DNA of 24,000 nt. Origin: an uncultured Pseudomonadota bacterium (GTDB lineage Bacteria; Pseudomonadota; Gammaproteobacteria; Coxiellales; Coxiellaceae). Shown one piece after another: positions 16,415-24,000 of the stretch. Location of the stretch: contig CAWCIY010000002.1 in the NCBI GenBank assembly GCA_963795715.1, forward strand, positions 1,156,131-1,180,130, written 5' to 3'. Under the pieces are notes generated by a model that made no database searches, had not been told where the DNA came from, and worked only from the letters and a program-made list of their open reading frames with translations. Position numbers and translations under genes: made by a program. Position 1 is the stretch's first letter. Every line of letters starts with the position of its first letter.

Positions 16415-16825
16415 TCAGGTAATGTTTCGCAGTTCTAAAGGCAATCGTTGAACACGGCCATTTAAACCAATACAAACTATTTGAGTATTTATTTGCGTCA
16501 GTTTGATATTGGCTTTCTCGATGGATTGATCGAACTCAATGGCAGCTCCACTGATGGAAATCACTTTGCTAGCAACGATCAGATTATCATCTAATTTTGC
16601 TGGAGCTATATACTCAATCAAGCAGCGGCGGACTACAAAGGAAATACCAGTGGATTCACGCAATTGCTTTTGATCAATTCCTAATTGCCGCAACATTTCG
16701 GTTCTGGCTCGCTCCGCAAATTTCAAATAATTCGCATGATAAACAATCCCGACTGCATCGGTATCCTCGTAATAAATCCGCACCGGGTAAAAATAAGATT
16801 TGTTTTCTGGGGGGTTTTTCGACAT
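16415..16825 (-). CDS. ybgC: YbgC/FadM-family acyl-CoA thioesterase (hotdog fold)
   Basis: YPVRIYYEDTDAVGIVYHANYLKFAERARTEMLRQLG is the canonical 4HBT/YbgC N-terminal motif. 136 aa. Confidence 0.85.
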   Translation of the reverse strand: MSKNPPENKSYFYPVRIYYEDTDAVGIVYHANYLKFAERARTEMLRQLGIDQKQLRESTGISFVVRRCLIEYIAPAKLDDNLIVASKVISISGAAIEFDQSIEKANIKLTQINTQIVCIGLNGRVQRLPLELRNIT

Positions 16826-16965
16826 CTTTTCTCCCGAATGCGATTTTACTAACTTATTCTTGCTATTACAATAAAATTGCAGTATAAATTAATCATCCAA
16901 ATATATTGAACAGTGTTTAAATTTGAGCTAAACTACTTTTACATAAAACATTTTAGGAATAGCTT

Positions 16966-19900
16966 ATGAAGATCTCAAAAATCAACGGTTTTACCCCCTA
17001 TTTGGCCATTGTTTTCTTCAACGCCTTTGTAGATTTAGGACATAAAATTTTAATTCAGAACACTTTGTACAGAACTTTAAATGCCTCCCAATTTACTACT
17101 TGGTCGGCGATTATTAACGCGCTGATTTTAATACCTTACATCTTATTATTTACTCCTTCTGGTTTTGTCGCCGATTATTTTTCCAAAACCAAGGTCTTGA
17201 GGGTGACTGCTTTGGCGGTTATACCCGCGACAATTCTAATAACGGTTTGTTATTTCCTGGGCTTATTTTGGTGCGCTTTCAGTTTAACACTTTTGTTAGC
17301 TATTCAAAGCGCCTTCAATTCACCTGCAAAATATGGCTTTATTAAAGAAATTTTTGGCAAAGATAACATTGCTGAAGCCAATGGCTTAGTGCAGACAGTA
17401 GCCATTATTGCTATTTTAGCTGGCACTTTTGCTTTTACCCTGCTCTTCACTTTTTTCCTTTCACACAAAGGATTTACTCATTCAACTCCCGCCACAGCAG
17501 CCCAATTGTTAAAAGCTTTTGCGCCCTGCGGTTTTTTATTAATTATTGCCGCCAGCGCTGAAGCTTGGTTGACTTTCCTTCTTCCAATAAAACCTCCTGC
17601 GGATGCGGGTTCAAACTATCTTTTACGAAATTATTTTACCGGCAAAAACCTGCATGGCAATTTAAAAAGTCTAAACGGCAACTCAGTGATCCTAACCTGT
17701 ATTTTTGGCTTATCCCTCTTTTGGGGGATCAACCAAGTATTGCTGGCAAGCTACGGAGCCTATCTAAAAGAATTTGTTACCAGCGCCAGCGAGATTTATA
17801 TCAATGGGGCCTTGGCTATTGGTGGTATCGGCATATTTTTTGGAGCGTTTTATGCTGGACGAATCTCCCGGGGATTTATTGAAACAGGTGTTATCCCAAT
17901 CGCAGCAGTTGGAATGAGTTTAGGTCTGCTTTTATTAGCTTTTATCACCAACAAAACCAGTATTCTATTGTTATTTTTCGGCTATGGTTTCTTTGGCGGA
18001 TTATTGATCGTGCCTTTAAATGCCTTAATTCAATACCATGCCCAATCTAAAAATCTTGGCACCGTCCTGGCCAGCAATAACTTTGTGCAAAATATTTTTA
18101 TGCTGGCCTTCCTCATTCTTACAGTAGTTGGCGCTAATGCAGGTCTAAATTCTCGAATGAGTTTAATTATTCTATTTTTATTGGCTTTGATCGGCAGTAT
18201 TTATGCTTTAAAGCGTTTACCGCAATCGTTAGTTCGCTATCTTATTTTTTTCTTTGTTTCCAAATTTTATAAAGTCAAAGTAGAGGGTTTAAATAACTTA
18301 CCTTCTAGCGGCGGGGTTTTATTGCTGGGAAATCACACCAGCTTTCTTGATTGGGCCTTGTTACAAATTGCTTGCCCTAGACCGCTTCATTTTGTGATTG
18401 ACCGGCAGTTTTATGAAACCTGGTATTTAAAACTATTTCTTAAAGCAGCAGGAGCCATTCCCATTTCCAAAGGAGGCAGCAAAGGAGCCATTGAAGCAAT
18501 CGAAAACGCTTTAAAATCAGGCCAGGTAGTCGCTTTATTCCCTGAAGGTTATATCAGCCGCAATGGCCAGCTGGGCACATTTCAAAAAGGCTTTGAAAAA
18601 GCGGTGGCGGGAACCAATGCAGTGATTGTGCCTTTTTACATTCATGGTTTATGGGGCACAATGGTTTCATATGCCACTCGTCAGTACAAAACAACGAGTG
18701 GACGACACTTTCGAACAATCAGTGTCAGCTATGGTCCTTCCTTACCTGCTGAAGCAACTGCAGCCACTGTAAAACAAGCTGTTTTTAATTTATCTATTAA
18801 GGCTTGGCAAAATTACAGCGATACCTTAAAAAGCACCGCAGTGGAATGGCTCCGGCGAGCCAAAAGCAAAGGCGCTGAATTAGCGATCGCTGATTCTTCT
18901 GGAAAAAAAATTTCTAACCAGCAACTAATCGCTCTTGTTTGGTATTTAATAGCTGAACTAAAATCCAACTTAAAGACTGAGTCCAATATAGGTATCCTAT
19001 TGCCTCCCGGCATAGGCGGCGCTGCTACCAATTTAATGGTGTGGGGGCTCAACAAAACCGCGGTAAATTTAAACTATACTGCTGGTAAAAACGCTATAAT
19101 TCAAGCTTGTGAACAAGCTGAAATTAAAATAGTGATTTCTTCACGTTTATTTTTAAACCGTCTCAGCAAAAAAGGGTTTGCTAGCGAAGAAATACTAGCC
19201 GATAAACAGGTTTTTTATTTGGAAGATTTATTACAAAAAAGCAAGTTTGCTATTTTTTCTAGGCTTATTCTAAGCAAAATACTACCTTTCTCTCTTTTAA
19301 AATATTTTGTTCTGAGCTCTGGTCAAAGTATTCATCATGTTGGTGTCATTTTATTTAGCAGTGGTAGTGAAGGCAAACCCAAAGGAGTTGAATTAACTCA
19401 TCGAAACTTATTAATTAATGCCAAACAGGTATCTAGTATTGCAAATATAGAAACAAAGGATGTTATTTTAAGTTGCTTGCCTTTATTTCATGCTTTTGGC
19501 CTTACTGTAACTACGATTTTGCCCTTAGTAGAGGGTATCCCAATGGCCTGCCATCCAGATCCTAGAGACGCCGTTGAGATTGGCAAACTGGTTTTTAATT
19601 ACCAAGTGAGTTTTATGGCAGCTACTTCCACATTCCTTAATTTTTATTGCCGCAATCATCGCCTGCATCCCTTACTGTTCAAAAGCTTACGTTTAGTCAT
19701 TGCAGGAGCAGAAAAATTATCACCTCAAGTCCGGGACGCGTTTAAACAAAAATTTGGGATTGATGTTTTCGAGGGTTATGGTGCAACCGAAGTGGCTCCC
19801 GTAGCCAGCACAAATCTGAACGATATTATCAATCCGGATGACTTACATTTACATGTGTCCAATAAAATTGGCACCGTAGGTCTACCAGTCCCCGGCACTT

Positions 19901-20478
19901 GTTTTCGAATTGTAGATCCTATGACTCTTGAAGATTTGCCATTAGGTGCAGAAGGTATGGTGTTAATCGGCGGCCCTCAAGTAATGAAAGGCTATCTAAA
20001 AAACCCTGAAAAAACTCTACAGGTTTTAAATAAACAAGATGACATCGATTGGTATGTTACTGGAGATAAAGGAAAATTAGATGAAGAGGGTTTTTTAATT
20101 ATCGTGGATCGTTATTCTCGTTTTGCTAAAATTGGGGGTGAGATGATTAGCTTGAGTTTGGTGGAGCAAACCATTAGAGAAATATTAGATATTGAAAGTT
20201 TAGATTTAATGGTAATCTCTTTGCCAGACGATAAAAAAGGGGAAGCATTAATTTTGCTTTATCAAGCGCAAATAACTCCGGACGAATTATTAGCGAAATT
20301 ACGTGCTGCTAAAATCCCACCGCTCATAATTCCCAGCGACTGCTTCGCTGTTGCCGAATTACCTAAATTAGGTAGCGGAAAAAGCGATTATAGCGCCGCG
20401 AAGCAGTTGGCTAGCAAATTGCTTTCAAATTCAAATATATTACATGCTGGGGTCAACCCAAACATAATAGGGAATTGA
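16966..20478 (+). CDS. aas: Triple-fusion lysophospholipid transporter (LplT-like MFS) / PlsC-type acyltransferase / acyl-ACP synthetase (Aas)
   Basis: Residues ~1-420 are a polytopic MFS. An acyltransferase HX4D motif follows (GNHTSFLDWA, then FPEGYISR). The C-terminal part is an AMP-binding domain (ILFSSGSEGKPKGVELTH, GYGATE, GDKGKLDEEGFLIIVDR, SGKSD). Confidence 0.85.
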   Translation: MKISKINGFTPYLAIVFFNAFVDLGHKILIQNTLYRTLNASQFTTWSAIINALILIPYILLFTPSGFVADYFSKTKVLRVTALAVIPATILITVCYFLGLFWCAFSLTLLLAIQSAFNSPAKYGFIKEIFGKDNIAEANGLVQTVAIIAILAGTFAFTLLFTFFLSHKGFTHSTPATAAQLLKAFAPCGFLLIIAASAEAWLTFLLPIKPPADAGSNYLLRNYFTGKNLHGNLKSLNGNSVILTCIFGLSLFWGINQVLLASYGAYLKEFVTSASEIYINGALAIGGIGIFFGAFYAGRISRGFIETGVIPIAAVGMSLGLLLLAFITNKTSILLLFFGYGFFGGLLIVPLNALIQYHAQSKNLGTVLASNNFVQNIFMLAFLILTVVGANAGLNSRMSLIILFLLALIGSIYALKRLPQSLVRYLIFFFVSKFYKVKVEGLNNLPSSGGVLLLGNHTSFLDWALLQIACPRPLHFVIDRQFYETWYLKLFLKAAGAIPISKGGSKGAIEAIENALKSGQVVALFPEGYISRNGQLGTFQKGFEKAVAGTNAVIVPFYIHGLWGTMVSYATRQYKTTSGRHFRTISVSYGPSLPAEATAATVKQAVFNLSIKAWQNYSDTLKSTAVEWLRRAKSKGAELAIADSSGKKISNQQLIALVWYLIAELKSNLKTESNIGILLPPGIGGAATNLMVWGLNKTAVNLNYTAGKNAIIQACEQAEIKIVISSRLFLNRLSKKGFASEEILADKQVFYLEDLLQKSKFAIFSRLILSKILPFSLLKYFVLSSGQSIHHVGVILFSSGSEGKPKGVELTHRNLLINAKQVSSIANIETKDVILSCLPLFHAFGLTVTTILPLVEGIPMACHPDPRDAVEIGKLVFNYQVSFMAATSTFLNFYCRNHRLHPLLFKSLRLVIAGAEKLSPQVRDAFKQKFGIDVFEGYGATEVAPVASTNLNDIINPDDLHLHVSNKIGTVGLPVPGTCFRIVDPMTLEDLPLGAEGMVLIGGPQVMKGYLKNPEKTLQVLNKQDDIDWYVTGDKGKLDEEGFLIIVDRYSRFAKIGGEMISLSLVEQTIREILDIESLDLMVISLPDDKKGEALILLYQAQITPDELLAKLRAAKIPPLIIPSDCFAVAELPKLGSGKSDYSAAKQLASKLLSNSNILHAGVNPNIIGN

Positions 20479-22314
20479 TAGTTTCTCAGCTAAAGATATA
20501 TTTTGACTGACGTTGAAACTCTGACGCTGATGCGATTGAACGAATACTCTACTTCTACAGCTGAGGTCACTTTGTAATGAATTTCTAAAAGAATCTAAAA
20601 ATTCACAGGTGTTTCTTGCAAATTGTTCTATCACATCTTTATCTACTTTATTACCTAATACAGATTCTAATAGATTCTGCATAATGTCTTTGGAAATGGC
20701 AGGCAGTTTGAATAAGTCTCGTAAAATCTCAGCAGCTTCTCCAACTTTTGGATTTAACTCGCATAAAGCTTGAGTGATCTCGTAGGTTCTTTTATATTCC
20801 TTAGGTGAAGTTAAAAACTCATGGATGGCTTTATCTTGTGCCACTTTGCTTTCTTTTAGCTGCACTTTAAGTAATTTAATTTCTCTTGTAGCTGGACTTT
20901 CCACACCGCCAAACAAGCCTTTCATTGTTTGCAAAGTTTCTTTTTTGTGAATTCCGTCTACTTTTTTTGGTACTTGAGCTATTTTTTCTTCTTTCTCTTC
21001 ATCTTCCGTATTCATTGACTTTTCTGACTCTTTCTCCTCAAGTAGCATATTCATTAACTCTTTTATTACATTCTCTTTAGCTTGCACACGCAGTAAATTA
21101 TCTATTTCTTTTCCTACATCATGGGCATATTCTCTTTGAATTAATCTGGCTGACATTTCGGCATGAATACATTTGTCAAACGTTTCCACGAGGTTTATAA
21201 AGCAATCCAAGTATTCACTGTCTGATAATATAATTTCACGTAAATAACCGCCGGCGCTGGCGAGGCAATTAGTAGCGCTAACCCCTGTCAAAATAAAAGG
21301 GATCGCTGCAGCAACCGGAGGAAAAAAGCAAGCTAAAACACCTAAAGTTGCGGCTGCACCGATTTTAGCAGCCAGAAGTAAATAAAACTGAGTGAGTTTT
21401 TTCTTCTGCGCGGCTTCATCAATTGAATTCCCAAGTTGAACTGCGCTAACGACAGAAGATTGGGATGTAATGATTGTCTGCGCAATATCTGAGATTTCGC
21501 CAATTGGAGTCACTCCTGAAAGTATTGCCTGCATCAGATCACATACTTCCTTAGGAGTTGTTTCCACCGTAGGCAAATCAAGGCTTCGTTGTGCTACTAT
21601 TTTAGAAATTAGATTACGACAATCTTCAGCAGTAATTATTTTAATGGGACCTTTGGTTTCAAGGTAAGTGTCACCCGCATGAATTCTAGCAATCTGGGAA
21701 AATTCTTCGATTTTTTTTCTGATTGTTTCTTGTATTAAACCATCATTTATCACTAAATTTATTTCCTTTTCTTCCGTTTCAGCAGCTAGCTTCTCAATTT
21801 CCTTCATTAAAGTCACGAGTTTATCTAATTTATTTATTACAAGATGGTAGTTTCTAGGTAAATATTTATCAAAATCTTCTTTTAACTTCTCGGCTCTAGC
21901 AACAAAAGTATCCGTCGCTAGTTTTATAGAAGTGTGAAATTCAAAGGAACTAACAGGTTTTTTTTCAAAATCGTTAAGTTCTTGATGTATTTGTTGTGTA
22001 GTCGCTTGAATACCTAAAAAATCTTGGGAATGTCCTTTAAGGCCGTGCAACATGCCAATAAGTGAGACCGCATAAAATTGCAGTTCTTCTTGTTTAGAGG
22101 CTTTCAACAGTAAATCTACCATTTCTATTAAAATACTTTCTCCCATTTTACCCAAGGGGAAATCAGAGGAGAAAGAAAATGATTGAAAATATTGCTTAAG
22201 GTTTTCTTTTAAGAGTTTATTAAGATTTATCAATTCTTTGGAAGGTTCATTTTTTACTTTAGATTTTGCGTCAAGAACAATGAAAGAAAGAGATGCTATT
22301 AACCCCTGATTCAT
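20440..22314 (-). CDS. Hypothetical 624-aa protein with coiled-coil regions and a central bilobed hydrophobic hairpin
   Basis: Long clean ORF. Residues ~310-357 (FYLLLAAKIGAAATLGVLACFFPPVAAAIPFILTGVSATNCLASAGGY) form two adjacent hydrophobic segments. The flanks are Lys/Glu-rich, including an acidic cluster EEKESEKSMNTEDEEKEEK. The 3' end overlaps the convergent aas gene by 39 nt. Confidence 0.6.
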   Translation of the reverse strand: MNQGLIASLSFIVLDAKSKVKNEPSKELINLNKLLKENLKQYFQSFSFSSDFPLGKMGESILIEMVDLLLKASKQEELQFYAVSLIGMLHGLKGHSQDFLGIQATTQQIHQELNDFEKKPVSSFEFHTSIKLATDTFVARAEKLKEDFDKYLPRNYHLVINKLDKLVTLMKEIEKLAAETEEKEINLVINDGLIQETIRKKIEEFSQIARIHAGDTYLETKGPIKIITAEDCRNLISKIVAQRSLDLPTVETTPKEVCDLMQAILSGVTPIGEISDIAQTIITSQSSVVSAVQLGNSIDEAAQKKKLTQFYLLLAAKIGAAATLGVLACFFPPVAAAIPFILTGVSATNCLASAGGYLREIILSDSEYLDCFINLVETFDKCIHAEMSARLIQREYAHDVGKEIDNLLRVQAKENVIKELMNMLLEEKESEKSMNTEDEEKEEKIAQVPKKVDGIHKKETLQTMKGLFGGVESPATREIKLLKVQLKESKVAQDKAIHEFLTSPKEYKRTYEITQALCELNPKVGEAAEILRDLFKLPAISKDIMQNLLESVLGNKVDKDVIEQFARNTCEFLDSFRNSLQSDLSCRSRVFVQSHQRQSFNVSQNISLAEKLSIPYYVWVDPSM

Positions 22315-22373
22315 ATTTACCCCAGTTATTTTTGTAATTTTGTTACACTGGGCTATATTTTATATTGTATTTA

Positions 22374-23124
22374 TTAAGCTAATATTAAATGAGGAAGAGA
22401 TAATTGATAACTAGGATGTAAAAATATGTCTAATCTTTTTAGAATAGCTGCAAAAAAACTAAGATGAAGCGCCTGATTCTTACTATATTCAATATGGACT
22501 CCGGACAGAATGGCCTTTCCAGCGCCAACGATACATTCTACAATAGCTACAGGTTGATCTTGAATGTCATGATATCTTGCTAAGACCTCTATATTTGCAT
22601 CAGTGTCATGGCCATGAAAGAAGCAACCGCCATTAAAATATACTTGTAAAAAATATTCGATTTTCTCAACTGTTTTAAAACTAATAAGAGCTGACTGCGC
22701 ACCCGATTCATCTTGGTATTGAAATTTTCCCAAACCGTAAGCAGGCCCTTCAGCTATGCCAGAATAAAAATTGAGTGGGCCGGTGTCATAAATTTCTAAA
22801 TCATTTCCCCGTTCAAAAATGGTTTGAGCAGCACCGTAATAGCCTCCAGCACATAATCCTAAATATTTACCTCCTGAACGGACATATTCGACAATTTTTT
22901 GATTACCTCCTGCCGCAAGATTCTGATAATGTGGTCTAGCTCTACCGCCGGGGATCACTAACAAAGCGGTAGATGCTTCCCAGTTATCATGATTTAGGTA
23001 ATCGCTGGACGTGCTTGATGCTATATCGAGCGTCCACCACTGCTAATAAACTCTTATAAAGTTCATTTACACTGGTTGCACCGGTGCTTTCAGCATCATT
23101 GTCATAAATTAAAATATTAAACAC
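22374..23124 (-). pseudogene. BPL_N-domain (class I glutamine-amidotransferase-like) protein, frameshifted
   Basis: A GTG at 23124 opens VFNILIYDNDAESTGATSVNELYKSLLAVVDARYSI..., which stops at 22987-22989. A second frame continues SSDYLNHDNWEASTALLVIPGGRARPHY...GGKYLGLCAGGYYGA.... Together they reconstitute the ILIY...LLV.PGG...YLG.CAG.Y pattern. The shift lies within 22990-23042. Confidence 0.55.
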
Positions 23125-23564
23125 TAAATATAGTTGATTACCTCCAGCCTTAAGCTACTGTCTTTTGCATTCAACCTTTCAATTAAAGCTTCTAATCTAC
23201 TTTGTAGAGCGCTTTTGGTTTGACTATTGCCGTTAAATGCAGCCGCAAACCAATTTCGAAATGCTGCAGCGCCCCCTTCAACAATTCTATTTGAGTGACA
23301 ACCTGCTGCAATTCCTACAGCGAGCCCTAGCTGTGCCTTTAATATTCTGTAAGCAGCAACAGGATTTTTAGATTCTGCAGCTGTGGATATTTCGATCGAC
23401 ATCCTCTCAATTAAATCTTTTTTGGTTTGATCTGTGGTCCCGTCGGCGCGAGGAGCAATATTTTTATTATATTCTGCCTTAATTTCTAAAATCAAATTTG
23501 TGGCTAATGAATTGGGATCTTGAATAGTAGTTGACTTGCTTTCAAAAACAGAGAATCTTTTCAT
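23124..23564 (-). CDS. Hypothetical protein (146 aa)
   Basis: Clean ORF with an Ala/Gly-rich central segment (LGLAVGIAAGCH). Its TAG stop overlaps the GTG of the BPL_N-like gene (TAGTG). No recognisable domain. Confidence 0.45.
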   Translation of the reverse strand: MKRFSVFESKSTTIQDPNSLATNLILEIKAEYNKNIAPRADGTTDQTKKDLIERMSIEISTAAESKNPVAAYRILKAQLGLAVGIAAGCHSNRIVEGGAAAFRNWFAAAFNGNSQTKSALQSRLEALIERLNAKDSSLRLEVINYI

Positions 23565-23641
23565 TTCCTTAACTCCTTTTGTTAAACAATTCCAAAAATA
23601 ATAATATTTATAAATTAAGGAAATATTAAAGAATGTAAAAA

Positions 23642-23674
23642 AGAAGCAGTCCAGCTCTGTACTGGACAGCTTTT
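23642..23674 (-). terminator. Hairpin flanked by T-runs on both strands (bidirectional terminator-like; could also be an IS end structure)
   Basis: GC-A-GTCCAG / CTGGAC-A-GC stem with a 7-nt loop. TTTT follows on the + strand and TTCTTTTTT on the minus strand. It abuts the transposase stop at 23675. Confidence 0.45.
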
Positions 23675-24000
23675 CTAAGCATGAACATGCTCCATGGGGT
23701 GATCAAGATTAAGAGGTGTCAAAAGTGAAAGGATTTTCCTAAAAATAGGTATTTTTTTAGTAGGTTGAAGCAGAAGGTCCCTGATACAATCAAGGCCATA
23801 ACGAAAGAAACTATATTGAGGACGATGACTATCGCGATGCTTTTTAAAGCGAATAGGCCTTTGCTGAGCGCGCCACTCACCTGTCTTATGAGCCAGGCAA
23901 AAACCTAAAGCTAAAATGACCATGAGTTTTTCTATTCTCTCAGGTTTGGTAAGATGGGTATCCTCGAAACGAAATCCTCGTCCCTTGAGACTTTGGAAAA
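23675..24000 (-). CDS. IS4-family DDE transposase, C-terminal part (continues beyond the window)
   Basis: The frame is open to the window edge: FQSLKGRGFRFEDTHLTKPERIEKLMVILALGFCLAHKTGEW...YGLDCIRDLL. The F..LK.RGF..EDTHL....R.EKL....A..F motif is typical of the C-terminal region of IS4-type transposases. Confidence 0.7.
   Translation of the reverse strand, partial: FQSLKGRGFRFEDTHLTKPERIEKLMVILALGFCLAHKTGEWRAQQRPIRFKKHRDSHRPQYSFFRYGLDCIRDLLLQPTKKIPIFRKILSLLTPLNLDHPMEHVHA

Noticed and set aside
2041-21667. Short internal or antisense ORFs within long genes (2041..2244, 4493..4687, 4581..4781, 5061..5255, 5307..5597, 7339..7548, 7965..8153, 8202..8471, 9321..9530, 16251..16475, 16597..16887, 17565..17882, 18813..19055, 21470..21667)
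   Set aside because: All are nested in, or antisense to, ORFs with strong family signatures. None has an RBS or a recognisable motif.
13538-23670. Shared 8-mer CTGGACAG in the cassette palindrome (13538-13545) and in the hairpin next to the IS4 transposase (23663-23670)
   Set aside because: A single 8-mer coincidence is expected by chance in 24 kb read on two strands. The flanking sequence is unrelated.
1-24000. CRISPR arrays, tRNA or rRNA genes
   Set aside because: No regularly spaced direct repeats and no tRNA- or rRNA-like sequence were seen on either strand.

Overview
Low-G+C bacterial chromosome segment. The IcmH/DotU-IcmF pair and the gene content suggest a Legionellales-type intracellular gammaproteobacterium, but that is inference. 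All family calls come from motifs recognised by eye; no searches were run.

Layout:
- 1-9.0 kb, core-like genes: DotU/IcmH (partial) translationally coupled to a 1119-aa IcmF/TssM ATPase; a short remnant of a PQQ-type sugar dehydrogenase; a POT peptide transporter; a CBS-pair protein; a ferritin-like protein; two translationally coupled MDR-family quinone oxidoreductases.
- 9.0-16.4 kb, accessory: two orphan ORFs, a group II intron (9911-15263) and an Rpn/PD-(D/E)XK nuclease gene.
- 16.4-20.5 kb: a YbgC thioesterase gene divergent from a 1170-aa LplT-PlsC-Aas triple fusion.
- 20.4-24 kb, accessory: a 624-aa coiled-coil protein with a central hydrophobic hairpin, a frameshifted BPL_N-domain gene, a 146-aa orphan and the 3' end of an IS4-family transposase.

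The intron has a GTGCG 5' end, a canonical domain V, and a domain VI with a bulged A. Its RT/maturase/HNH ORF is split at the IPTxxDR motif by a ~2.96-kb opposite-strand cassette. The cassette encodes a DUF5372-like protein, a DUF6788-like protein (frameshifted) and a large serine recombinase (at least 3, probably 5, frameshifts).

Most interesting observation: the DUF5372-like gene has no start codon of its own inside the cassette. A perfect SD+ATG that overlaps the recombinase stop (ATGA) sits at the opposite end of the cassette. It falls in frame with DUF5372 only when the two ends are joined. This suggests a gene or operon that is assembled by excision or circularisation.
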